This document shows, piece by piece, positions 17,871 through 26,656 of a DNA stretch of 64,000 nucleotides. The position numbers and the translations under genes were made by a program. Within the stretch, counting starts at the first letter, position 1. Each line of letters starts with the position of its first letter. This DNA is from Candidatus Auribacterota bacterium (GTDB lineage: Bacteria; Auribacterota; Tritonobacteria; UBA1439): NCBI GenBank assembly GCA_026392015.1, contig JAPLCW010000174.1:1-64000 (forward strand). Direction: 5' to 3'. Below the pieces are notes generated by a model. That model was given only the letters and a program-made list of their open reading frames with translations. It was not told the origin of the DNA and ran no database searches.

Positions 17871-19427
17871 TTGAGAGTTAGATCAGTTGTTGCGATCCTC
17901 CTCCTCGCATTCGGTCTGAGGCTTATTTTCGTATTCTTTCCCGCGGAGCTGAAACCGTTCTCCGACATGCAGGAGTACCATGAGAAGGCATGCATGATCC
18001 TCGATACGGGCAGCTACGGGCCTTCGTCCCGGCCCCCGCTCTATCCGGTCTTTCTCGCGTCCGTATATCGCATCTTCGGTATCCATTCCTTCGCTGTGAG
18101 GCTAATCCAGGCGCTGATGGGCACCGCCGTGTGCCTCTTCACATATTTAATCGCGCTCCGGTTGTGGGGGGAGCGCGCTGCGTGGATGAGCGGGCTCCTT
18201 GTCGCCTGCTACCCAAGCCTCGTCGTGTACACTGGCCTCCTCATGTCGGAGAATCTTTTCATTTTCCTGCTCATGGCCTCGCTCTGGATCCTCCTCTGTC
18301 CGGGGCGGAGGGGAGCTTTTGCCTGCGTCGCCGCAGGCATACTCCTCGGCGTTGCCTGCCTGACCAGATCAATTCTCATCGGATTTATCCCGATCGCGGC
18401 GCTCTGGCTGTGGCGGAAACGCAGCGGGAGAGAGGGGATGGTATGCCTTCTCGGAGCGCTCCTTGCCATTGCCCCCTGGACAATAAGAAACTATCGCTAC
18501 TATCAGCGGTTCATCCCGGTAGATCTCTACGGCGGCTATAACTTCCTTATCGGAAATACCCCGTACGCCACAGGGCGGCAGGAGCTCGGGACGCTGCGAA
18601 CACTCGAGGCCGAATATTGGAAGAACTGGTATATAACACCCGAGAAAAAAGGAGAGGGCGCGCCTCCGGCTAATGAATGGATTATGATCATAGATCCGGA
18701 CGGTTCCGCGCTGGGTTACCGGGAGGGGATTAAGTTCATAGCAGCCCATCCATTGAAATTCCTGATCCTTGGCATGAGAAAAATGGGTAACCTGTACGAT
18801 CTCGAGATCAGAGACCTCTCATGGGCGTATTCCAAAAACTACTTCGGGGAGGTGCCCCGGCTGATTCTCATTCCGGTGGCGGCGGCAATCATTGTCGCCT
18901 TTCCATTGCTCGCGATCCTTGCCCTCTGCGGCATACTCTGCAACGGAAAGGAAACATATGATGTAAGGGGACAGTCTCAGAGTAGGAAAAACAACCCCCT
19001 CCTCGCCCTCCCCTCGGCAAGCTCCCTTCGACTTCGCTCAGGATCTTCGACAGGACAAGCTCCCCTTCGCAGGGGGAGGGGATATGATTCGAGCCCCTCA
19101 GAAACTGAACAATTGTCACATAATAACGGCGGCGCATGGGCGCTGCTCATCTTTACCCTGCTCTATTTTTCCGCCGCGTGCTTCCTCACCTTCGGCGAAA
19201 GCAGGTTCCACCTCCCCCTCGTACCGGTCCTGGCACTGTTCGCCGGCGCTCTCGCGACATGCGCACCGCACCCCCTGTCCTCTGAGCCGGTCCGGCTGAA
19301 GAGATTGCTTCTTGTCTTACTGCTCGGCCTCCTCCTTATAGACTGGGGACTGAGCCTTATGGAGAATCGGCAGCGTCTCGGCATCGTGCTCGCCCCGGGA
19401 GGCAATCTCACGGAGATCAGCTATTGA
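17871..19427 (+). CDS. Polytopic membrane glycosyltransferase, GT39/PMT_2 (ArnT-like) family
   Basis: Multiple TM helices with the family pattern (PLYPVFLASVYRIFG...LIQALMGTAVCLFTYLIALRLWG). Start tentatively at the in-frame TTG at 17871, just downstream of the repeat tract. An in-frame repeat-derived insert sits at ~18985-19095. Confidence 0.6.
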   Translation: MRVRSVVAILLLAFGLRLIFVFFPAELKPFSDMQEYHEKACMILDTGSYGPSSRPPLYPVFLASVYRIFGIHSFAVRLIQALMGTAVCLFTYLIALRLWGERAAWMSGLLVACYPSLVVYTGLLMSENLFIFLLMASLWILLCPGRRGAFACVAAGILLGVACLTRSILIGFIPIAALWLWRKRSGREGMVCLLGALLAIAPWTIRNYRYYQRFIPVDLYGGYNFLIGNTPYATGRQELGTLRTLEAEYWKNWYITPEKKGEGAPPANEWIMIIDPDGSALGYREGIKFIAAHPLKFLILGMRKMGNLYDLEIRDLSWAYSKNYFGEVPRLILIPVAAAIIVAFPLLAILALCGILCNGKETYDVRGQSQSRKNNPLLALPSASSLRLRSGSSTGQAPLRRGRGYDSSPSETEQLSHNNGGAWALLIFTLLYFSAACFLTFGESRFHLPLVPVLALFAGALATCAPHPLSSEPVRLKRLLLVLLLGLLLIDWGLSLMENRQRLGIVLAPGGNLTEISY

Positions 19428-19560
19428 CCTCTCCGCCGACCAGAAACTAATGCATTAGTTACAGGCGGATGTGATTCTTTTTTCTCGCAGGGGGGCCTTA
19501 ACCTGGTCTATTCATCAACTCGAGATCAGGGCGATCTCCATATCTGATAACACATTGAAT

Positions 19561-19696
19561 TGTAGGGGCTTGATCCTTCGGCAAGGTCCCTTCGACTGAG
19601 TTTATACTGAGTGTAGCCGAAGTGCTCAGGGTCTTCGACAGGACAAGTTTTATCAAGCCCGTTTTTAACGCGGGTTCGATGAATCGAACCCCTACA
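19561..19696. repeat. Palindromic element family TGTAGGGG...CCCCTACA (representative copy)
   Basis: TGTAGGGGCTTGATCC...GGACAAGTTTTATCAAGCCC...GGGTTCGATGAATCGAACCCCTACA. Other copies at ~7166-7226, 16435-16519, 30238-30311 and 30714-30793, and a fragment inside the CDS at ~18985-19095. Confidence 0.8.
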
Positions 19697-20124
19697 ATAG
19701 GGAGATGAATAAAAGAGCTATTTTAACAGCCCACCATATGTAACCGCAGATTACGCGCCTGCCTGCCGGCAGGGATTGGGCGGATTACACAATGCGAATC
19801 CGCGTAATCCGCGGTTAGAACATTAGGTTCATGTCCAAAAAAGTTGCCCATTCATACGAGGAGAGTAGTCATCCCCGCGAAAGCGGGGATCCAGAAATGC
19901 AGCTTTCTAAGCTGGATTCCTGCTTCGCATAATAGAGGGATTACGCGAGGTGATGTCAGCGGGGTGCCGGTGCAAAAAAGTATAAAATCATACAATCGCA
20001 TATTTCCAGTTGACTTCCGGAAGCGGATAGCGTATCTTGAGCGGGTTTGCTGGGCATATATCTGCCGAGTCAACTCGTTCAGGCGCCGGCGCGTTGTTAC
20101 GGTGCCAGCGAAAGGGGAGACATT

Positions 20125-20757
20125 ATGGTACAGTTGAGATCGTACGTCTTCATCGACAGTCTCCAGCCGCAGCTCGCCTCCTTCGTCGCCTCCGCAGCCA
20201 AGGGCTTCATGCCGGTTGCGGGAATGGCGTCGCTCTACGTGGAGGTGGCTCCCGGCATGGAGATCATCCGCGCGCTCGATGTGGCGCTCAAGGCGACCTC
20301 CTGCCGACCTGCGGTACAGGTAGTGGAGAGGGCCTATGGCGTCCTCGAGGTGCACTCAGAGGATAAGGGGCAGGTCATCAACGCAGGCAGGGCGATTCTC
20401 GAACATCTCGGCCTGAAGGAGGAGGACCGACTCAAGCCGAAGGTAGTCGCCACGCAGATCATCCGGCGGATCAGTCCCTACCAGTCGCAGCTCATCAACA
20501 AGGGGCGCGACGGCTCGATGCTCCTCGGAGAGCAGACGCTTTACATAATGGAAACAGATCCGGCAGCTTACGTAACGATTGCGGCCAACGAGGCGGAGAA
20601 AGCCTCGCTTGTGACGCTCATCGAAGTGCGGCCGGTCGGCCGTTTTGGCCGTCTCTACCTCGGCGGTGAGGAGAGGGACATCATGGTGGGAAGCGAGGCA
20701 GCCCTGAAGGCAATCGAGGCCATCACGGGCAAGGAACACGGCGGTAAAGGCGAATAA
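20125..20757 (+). CDS. BMC-domain-like shell protein, possibly permuted/tandem (EutL/PduB-like); assignment tentative
   Basis: RBS AAAGGGGAGA precedes the ATG. Segments GMASLYVEVAPGMEIIRALDVALKAT...VQVVERAYGVLEVHSED and LVTLIEVRPVGRFGRLYLGGEERDIMVGSEAALKAIEAI resemble BMC-fold strands. It is first gene of the microcompartment operon. Confidence 0.4.
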   Translation: MVQLRSYVFIDSLQPQLASFVASAAKGFMPVAGMASLYVEVAPGMEIIRALDVALKATSCRPAVQVVERAYGVLEVHSEDKGQVINAGRAILEHLGLKEEDRLKPKVVATQIIRRISPYQSQLINKGRDGSMLLGEQTLYIMETDPAAYVTIAANEAEKASLVTLIEVRPVGRFGRLYLGGEERDIMVGSEAALKAIEAITGKEHGGKGE

Positions 20758-20826
20758 CCACAGTGTAAGATTTAAAGTGTAAAGTGTAAGGTTGAAAAGG
20801 AAAGCGTTAGAGAAAGGGGGTAGGCG

Positions 20827-21117
20827 ATGTCAGAGGCACTGGGAATGATCGAAACGAGAGGGTTTGCAGCCATGGTTGAGGCATCGGATGCCATGGTCAA
20901 GGCCGCAAAGGTCGAGCTGGTGAGCTACGAGAAGATCGGCGGCGGTTACGTCACCGCTATCGTCCGCGGCGATGTGGCGGCCGTGCGCGCGGCGGTTGAA
21001 GCAGGGGCGCGTGGCGCCGAGAAGGTGGGAGAGCTAGTATCCGTACACGTCATACCGAGACCGCACGTCAATGTCGATGCGGTGCTGCCGCTCGGAAGGC
21101 CCACCGGGAAGGAATGA
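20827..21117 (+). CDS. BMC-H hexameric shell protein (PduA/EutM/CcmK-like)
   Basis: Canonical [29 protein letters not shown]...[13 protein letters not shown]...VHVIPRPH. Confidence 0.9.
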   Translation: MSEALGMIETRGFAAMVEASDAMVKAAKVELVSYEKIGGGYVTAIVRGDVAAVRAAVEAGARGAEKVGELVSVHVIPRPHVNVDAVLPLGRPTGKE

Positions 21118-21222
21118 CAAATACCAAGTGACAAATGACAGAACATATTTGTTTTGTCATTTAGATTTTGTCATTTGTCATTCATTTAGTGTCTATTGTG
21201 GTTGGTGGACAAGGAGGATTCG

Positions 21223-21522
21223 ATGCTCCTGGGGAAAGTGACGGGAACCCTCGTCTCCACACAGAAGGATGAGAAACTCAGAGGTCTCAAGTTCTTCGTT
21301 GTGGAGAAACTCGATATGCAGGGGAAGCCGACGGGTACGTTCGTTATCGCGGCTGATTCTGTGGGGGCGGGCGTGGGAGAGGTTGTGATATACGTCTCCG
21401 GAAGTTCCGCCCGCTACACCGCCTCTACGGAGGGGAAGCCGGCGGACGCGACCATCATCGGGATCGTCGACACGTGGGACCTCAACGGGAAGGCGCAGTA
21501 CCAAAAATCAGAGGAAAGGTAA
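21223..21522 (+). CDS. BMC-P pentameric vertex protein (EutN/PduN/CcmL family)
   Basis: MLLGKVTGTLVSTQKDEKLRGLKFFVV...GAGVGEVVIYVSGSSAR. AGGAGG RBS lies 8 nt upstream of the ATG at 21223. Confidence 0.85.
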   Translation: MLLGKVTGTLVSTQKDEKLRGLKFFVVEKLDMQGKPTGTFVIAADSVGAGVGEVVIYVSGSSARYTASTEGKPADATIIGIVDTWDLNGKAQYQKSEER

Positions 21523-21653
21523 TGCCTCAGCCACAGGGTGATCATACCCCCCACCCTGACCCTCCCCTCAAAGGGGGGAGGGGAATAAGGTTTGATTGCA
21601 TTCCGAGACTGAAGCATTGCGAGGAACGAGCCTGACGGCTCATGGAGTAGCGC

Positions 21654-23084
21654 ATGAATCTCACCGAGGCTCAGATTGCGGCCATAGTGGAAAATGTCAT
21701 CAACCGGCTCTCCACTGAGGGGGCTTTTGAGAAAGCCGCCGAGGGGGGGACGGCTGCAGGGGATGGTGTCTTCTCAGACATCGAATCAGCCCTCAGGGCT
21801 GCGGAACTCGCCCAGCGCGAGCTCGATGCACAGACACTCGATATGCGTCGCAAGGCCATCGCCGTTCTCAGGCGTACTGTCGAGGAAAATGTCCAAACTC
21901 TCTCCCGCATGGCAATCGAGGAAACCGGCATCGGTCGCTACGAAGACAAGATAAAGAAGAACCTCTGCGTCGCCCAGCTCACGCCGGGGACCGAAGACCT
22001 GCAACCGATCGCCTTCACCGGCGACCATGGGCTCACGCTCATCGAGCGCGCCCCCTATGGGGTGATCGGGTCGATCACTCCCTGCACCAACCCTTCTGAG
22101 ACGATCATCTGCAATGCAATTGGGATGATCGCCGGCGGGAACTCGGTCGTTTTCAACCCTCACCCCGGCGCCAAAGAGACATCCGCCTACACCATCAGGC
22201 TCCTCAACAAGGCGATCGTCGCCGTCGGGGGCCCCAGGAACCTGCTCTGCAGTATCGCCGATCCGACGCAGGAAACGGCTCAAGAGATGATGAAGCATCC
22301 GAAGGTCAAGCTCCTGGTAGTCACCGGGGGCCCGGGAGTGGTGAAGGCCGCCATGAACAGCGGCAAGAAGGCGATCTGCGCGGGTCCGGGAAACCCGCCG
22401 GTCGTGGTCGACGAGACCGCGGATATCGCGAAGGCCGGAAAAGATATCGTCGCGGGAGCATCCCTCGACAACAATATCATCTGCATAGACGAGAAGGAGG
22501 CGATCGTCGTCGACTCCGTTGCGGACGCGCTCAAGAGCGAAATGAAAAAACACGGAGTCCATGAACTCACGGGCCGCGACATCGGCAGGATCACGGATCT
22601 GGTGATTAAGGAGCGGCATCCCGCGCCGCATGAGAGCGTCGCGAACAAGAAATGGGTCGGAAAGGATGCGGCGGTCATCCTCAAGGAACTGGGAATCAGC
22701 GCGCCGCCGGACCTGCGATTGATCCTTGTCGAGGTCGAGCGTGACCACCCGCTGCTCTGGACAGAGCAGCTAATGCCGGTCTTCCCCCTCACGAGGGTCC
22801 GAAGTTCCGACGAGGGGATCGATCTCGCCGTCGAGATGGAGCACGGTTTTCGTCACACGGCGTCGATGTTCTCGAGAAATATCGAGAAGCTCTCCAGGAT
22901 GGCACGGATGATCAACTGTTCCATCTTTGTGAAGAATGGCCCGAACTATGCGGGGCTCGGCTTGGGCGGGGAGGGCTACACCTCGTTCAGTATCGCAAGC
23001 CCGACCGGCGAGGGTCTTACCTCGGCGAAGGACTTCACGCGCGTGCGCCGATGCACCCTGGTGGATTACTTCCGGATCGTCTGA
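21654..23084 (+). CDS. CoA-acylating aldehyde dehydrogenase (PduP/EutE-like) with N-terminal amphipathic helix
   Basis: ALDH fold with the catalytic Cys in DNNIICIDEKEA, and GPGNPPVVVDETAD. N-terminus MNLTEAQIAAIVENVINRL has the character of an encapsulation peptide. Confidence 0.85.
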   Translation: MNLTEAQIAAIVENVINRLSTEGAFEKAAEGGTAAGDGVFSDIESALRAAELAQRELDAQTLDMRRKAIAVLRRTVEENVQTLSRMAIEETGIGRYEDKIKKNLCVAQLTPGTEDLQPIAFTGDHGLTLIERAPYGVIGSITPCTNPSETIICNAIGMIAGGNSVVFNPHPGAKETSAYTIRLLNKAIVAVGGPRNLLCSIADPTQETAQEMMKHPKVKLLVVTGGPGVVKAAMNSGKKAICAGPGNPPVVVDETADIAKAGKDIVAGASLDNNIICIDEKEAIVVDSVADALKSEMKKHGVHELTGRDIGRITDLVIKERHPAPHESVANKKWVGKDAAVILKELGISAPPDLRLILVEVERDHPLLWTEQLMPVFPLTRVRSSDEGIDLAVEMEHGFRHTASMFSRNIEKLSRMARMINCSIFVKNGPNYAGLGLGGEGYTSFSIASPTGEGLTSAKDFTRVRRCTLVDYFRIV

Positions 23085-23107
23085 CGCCGCGGCAGGTTCC
23101 ACTTAAA

Positions 23108-23460
23108 CCACTGGGGACACTGAAGCAACATCAATAGATTCAAGGTGGCTATATTTTTTAGATTCCCTTGCATTTTGTGTGCGTGCACTGCATTCTCCTC
23201 CCCCCTTGAGGGGGAGGAAGAAGGTGGGGGGTATTGCAAAGGCAGATATGCTACCCATTACATTGGATGGAGTTACAATGAGTATCCGTTATCCATTCCT
23301 CACCCCCACCCTTACCCTCCCCCTTCGGAGGGGGGGGATAAGAAATTTGCCCACACAAAGTGGAAGAGAACCCTTTTTAAATCAGCGTAATCCGCGGTTC
23401 GAACCGTTATCGTAACGAAGTTAGTCTCTGTTTCAGTGCGCTCAGTGTCCTCAGTGGTTA
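23108..23460. repeat. MITE-like element with terminal inverted repeats, inside the BMC operon
   Basis: AACCACTGGGGACACTGAAGC at the left end and its reverse complement GCGCTCAGTGTCCTCAGTGGTTA at the right end. The interior holds GC-rich UUCG-loop hairpins and a CCGCGGATT motif. Confidence 0.6.
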
Positions 23461-23484
23461 ATCAACAAATAGTGCAGTGCGTCG

Positions 23485-24828
23485 GTGGTGCAATACATTA
23501 TGAGCGTGACCCTCGTTGAAAAAGTCAAACGCGCCGGTGTCGTGGGCGCCGGCGGAGCCGGGTTCCCCACCTGGAAAAAGATCGCCGCCCGCGTCGACTA
23601 CGTGGTCGCCAACGGCGCCGAGTGCGAACCTCTCCTCCATAACGACCAGTACATCATGTCTCGTGAGTCCGAGCGGGTCGTCAAAGGCGTAGAGCTTGTT
23701 ATGCAGGCAACGGGCGCAAAGAAGGGCATCATCGCGCTCAAAGAAAAATATCCGGATGCCGTGGCGGCGTTCCGCCACACCCTGAAAAAGAAGGAACATC
23801 TCACCCTCTCTTTTCTTCCGAACAGCTACCCGGCCGGGGATGAGTTCGTCCTCGTGTACGAGACCACGGGGCGCGTGATACCGGAGTCGGGACTCCCGCT
23901 CGATGTGGGAGTGGTCAACAGCAACGTGGAGACGTTCAAGAATGTCGCGGATGCGGACGAGGGAGTTCCGGTGACCGAGCGATACGTCACCGTCACCGGA
24001 GCGGTGCGTCATCCCGTCGTTCTCCAGGCGCCGATCGGCACGAGTTTTGCGGATCTTGTTTCCGCTGCCGGGGGCGCTGCCGTTGAGGAATATGCGCTCA
24101 TGATGGGAGGAATCATGATGGGAAAGCTCTCCTATGACCTCTCCCAGCCGGTGACCAAAACCACGGGCGCCATCATCCTTCTCCCGACCGACCATTTGCT
24201 CGTCAGGAGACGCACGGTTCCGTTCATGAGCAGTCTCCACGTGACGAGGGAGTTCTGCTGCCAGTGCACCCTCTGCACGCTCATCTGTCCTCGTTACCTG
24301 CTCGGACATGAATTGTACCCGCACCTGATCATGCGCTCGGTGCTGTTCGGCCTGCCCTTTCCCGAGCGCGGCGGGGTTACCTCCGCGCACCTCTGCTGCG
24401 AGTGTGAGCTCTGCGGGCTCTACATCTGCCCGATGAACCTCCCGATCGCGCGCATCAACGGCAATATCAAACGAAACCTGGAAGCCCTCGGGTGGGAAGC
24501 GCAGAAAAAGTGCGAATCCCCGAAACCGCGCCTTCTTCGGGAGCAGTCCCGCATTCTCGCGGACCGTCTCGTCTATCGCCTCGGCCTCAGCGCGTACAAA
24601 GGGAAGGTCCCGTTCCAGGAAAAGCAGCTTCAGCCGAGGCGGGTGAAAATACCGCTCAAGCAGAACGCGGGGGCCCCCGCGACTCCGTGTGTGAAGGTGG
24701 GCCAGAGGGTAAAACGGGGACAGGTCATCGGAGAGATCCCCGAGGGGAAACTGGGCGCCCGGCATCACGCAAGCATCAGCGGCGTGGTAAAAGAGGTGAA
24801 AGACTTTATTCTCATCGAAGCCGCATAG
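23485..24828 (+). CDS. RnfC/PduS-like flavin- and Fe-S-binding oxidoreductase
   Basis: GVVGAGGAGFPTWKK nucleotide-binding motif and two Cys clusters (CCQCTLCTLICP, CCECELCGLYICP). The ORF-track start is a GTG; an ATG at 23500 is an alternative. Confidence 0.75.
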   Translation: MVQYIMSVTLVEKVKRAGVVGAGGAGFPTWKKIAARVDYVVANGAECEPLLHNDQYIMSRESERVVKGVELVMQATGAKKGIIALKEKYPDAVAAFRHTLKKKEHLTLSFLPNSYPAGDEFVLVYETTGRVIPESGLPLDVGVVNSNVETFKNVADADEGVPVTERYVTVTGAVRHPVVLQAPIGTSFADLVSAAGGAAVEEYALMMGGIMMGKLSYDLSQPVTKTTGAIILLPTDHLLVRRRTVPFMSSLHVTREFCCQCTLCTLICPRYLLGHELYPHLIMRSVLFGLPFPERGGVTSAHLCCECELCGLYICPMNLPIARINGNIKRNLEALGWEAQKKCESPKPRLLREQSRILADRLVYRLGLSAYKGKVPFQEKQLQPRRVKIPLKQNAGAPATPCVKVGQRVKRGQVIGEIPEGKLGARHHASISGVVKEVKDFILIEAA

Positions 24829-24880
24829 TATGCGTGACGGCGTATCGGCGTGATAAATGACGTGCCAAAGAGCACATAAA

Positions 24881-24953
24881 GGATTACAGCGCGTAACTGC
24901 GGATTGGATGGACTACCGTAAAGAATCCGCCTAATCCGCGCAATCCGCGGTTA
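24881..24953. repeat. Palindromic element family TTAACCGCGGATTACGC (representative copy)
   Basis: Units of GGATTN3GCG with inverted symmetry and ends like TTAACCGCGGATT / AATCCGCGGTTAA. Further copies at ~16250-16320, 19741-19818, 23385-23412, 25828-25860, 40425-40455, 41685-41730, 41975-42009 and 63855-63985. Confidence 0.8.
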
Positions 24954-24978
24954 AAACATTAAAGGTGTCTGAACAGTC

Positions 24979-25527
24979 ATGGAACCGGCAATAGGATTAA
25001 TCGAGTTTAACAGCATCGCTTCCGGCATCCTCGCGACAGACGCCATGGCCAAGAAGTCCAGTGTCACCGTGGTCGATTCGCGGAGCATCTGCCCGGGGAA
25101 ATACATCGTGCTGATCACGGGCGATGTCGAAGCTGTCCAGCAGTCGCTTGACGCGGGACTCCAGGCCGGTGGAGGAGCAGTAACTGAGAAACTCCTCCTG
25201 CCGAACGTCCACGAGCAGGTGGTGCCGGCTCTCATCGCGGCAACTCCTGTTCACAAGATAGAGGCGCTGGGAGTCATCGAGACATTCAACGCGCCCGCCT
25301 GTATCGTTGCCGCGGATGCCGCGGCAAAGGCGACCGAGGTCCAACTCGTGCTCATCAGGGTGGGGAACGGCCTCGGGGGAAAATCATTTGTCGTCATCAC
25401 GGGCGAGTGGGTGAACGTGGAGGCCGCGGTTGCGGCGGGCATCGAGCGGATCAAGGGAATGGGAGCGCTTGTGCGGCGGATCGTAATCCCGAACCCGCAT
25501 GTCGATTTGAACAGCTTTATTCTGTAA
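24979..25527 (+). CDS. Tandem-BMC-domain shell protein (BMC-T, PduT-like)
   Basis: Two BMC domains (AIGLIEFNSIASGILATDAMAKKSSV... and ALGVIETFNAPACIVAADAAAKATEV...). Length and order match PduT. Confidence 0.85.
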   Translation: MEPAIGLIEFNSIASGILATDAMAKKSSVTVVDSRSICPGKYIVLITGDVEAVQQSLDAGLQAGGGAVTEKLLLPNVHEQVVPALIAATPVHKIEALGVIETFNAPACIVAADAAAKATEVQLVLIRVGNGLGGKSFVVITGEWVNVEAAVAAGIERIKGMGALVRRIVIPNPHVDLNSFIL

Positions 25528-25737
25528 AAAGATGACAAAGCATATCTAACCTGGATTATTCACGAGGCGCCCGTAGTAAAAGGGACATAACCACTGAGGC
25601 AATGAATATACTGAATGTTTGGACGCAGATTTGCGCAGATGAACGCAGATTAACAAAAGAAGCAGATTGAACCCTTGAGGTTTTAACCGCAAGCTGTATT
25701 TGTATCTGCGTGTTCTGTTGGGCGGATTAAAGAGGCA

Positions 25738-25826
25738 CATGCAACCACGGATGAACACGGATGAACACCGAACAGCAGAAGGAGCATTTGAACCGTGTTA
25801 ATCCGTGTTCATCCGTGGTTCAAAAT
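25738..25826. repeat. Palindromic element family CACGGATGAACAC / GTGTTCATCCGTG (representative copy)
   Basis: AACCACGGATGAACACGGATGAACAC...GTGTTAATCCGTGTTCATCCGTGGTT. Related copies at ~30470-30500, 30607-30640, 51127-51150, 53990-54140 and 60150-60220. Confidence 0.75.
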
Positions 25827-25882
25827 TTTTCAATCCGCGCAATCCGCGGTTAAGACTTTAATATTTCGTCTTTTATCCAATT

Positions 25883-26656
25883 ATGAAATCCGAACGTGAA
25901 CACCGTCAGGACATTGTGGAGGTTTGCCGCCGTATGTACTCCCGCGGTTTCATTTCCGGGAGCGACGGCAACGTGAGCATTCGCCTCGCCGCGGACCGGA
26001 TCCTGAGCACGCCGAGCGGGATCAACAAAGGGTTCCTCGCGCCATCGGATATGATCGTCACGGACATGGGAGGCAAAAAGCTCATCGGGGCTCACAAACC
26101 GACCACCGAACTCCGCATGCACCTCGAAACATATCGGAAGCGGCCCGACGTCAAGGCAGTGATCCACGCGCACCCTCCTTTCACCATCGCCTTCTCTCTG
26201 GCAGGCCAGAAGCTCCCGCAGTGCGTGATGCCGGAAATCATAATGATATTCGGCTCCATCCCCACGACAGCGTATGCAACCCCCTGCACGGAGGAGGGGC
26301 CGGAGGCGATCTCCGCGCTCATCGAGGAGTGCGATGCCCTCATCATCGAACGCCACGGCACGCTCACGGTCGGCGACACCGTGTACGGGGCGTACGATAA
26401 GCTGGAGAAGGTCGAGCACAGCGCCCAGGTGAGCGCCACAGCCCGGCAGCTCGGCCCCGTGAAGCCGCTGTCCAAGGAACAGATTCAGAAACTCCTCGAC
26501 CTCAGAGAGCAGCTCGGACTGAAGGGAAAGATATATCCCTGCAACCAGTGCGGGATGTGCGCGCCGCGCGAGGGCGGGACCAAGGCTGACCCGCTCGTGA
26601 ACTCCCTCTCCGCCGAGCTGTTCGCCACGCTACGGGAGAAACTGCGCAATGGCTAG
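25883..26656 (+). CDS. Class II aldolase (FucA/RhaD-like) with ~45-aa C-terminal extension
   Basis: GNVSIR, HAHPP and a GxxxxH metal-ligand pattern. The extension carries CNQCGMC and a terminal amphipathic helix (LSAELFATLREKLRNG). Confidence 0.8.
   Translation: MKSEREHRQDIVEVCRRMYSRGFISGSDGNVSIRLAADRILSTPSGINKGFLAPSDMIVTDMGGKKLIGAHKPTTELRMHLETYRKRPDVKAVIHAHPPFTIAFSLAGQKLPQCVMPEIIMIFGSIPTTAYATPCTEEGPEAISALIEECDALIIERHGTLTVGDTVYGAYDKLEKVEHSAQVSATARQLGPVKPLSKEQIQKLLDLREQLGLKGKIYPCNQCGMCAPREGGTKADPLVNSLSAELFATLREKLRNG

Noticed and set aside
17700-17881. ORF-track proteins beginning MLFRYPFVYSVFCILYSVFCI... (plus) and MAGRIQNTEYRIQNTEY... (minus) that look like repeat-containing proteins
   Set aside because: These are mechanical translations of the (TATTCTG)n tract. 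The homologous parts of both glycosyltransferases begin after the tract (MNTVSV... and LRVRSVVAILL...).
20047-20124. TTG start at 20047 giving a 236-aa version of the first BMC-locus gene
   Set aside because: An ATG with a good RBS (AAAGGGGAGA) lies at 20125. The upstream 26 codons overlap a repeat-containing leader and add no homologous sequence.
21786-22748. 320-aa minus-strand ORF antisense to the aldehyde dehydrogenase. Similar long antisense ORFs lie at 23458-24768, 28103-28954, 36737-37915, 42501-43526 and 48505-49200.
   Set aside because: The high-GC sense genes have strong domain homology. The antisense frames are Arg/Asp/Gly-rich with no motifs, which is a typical GC-driven artefact.
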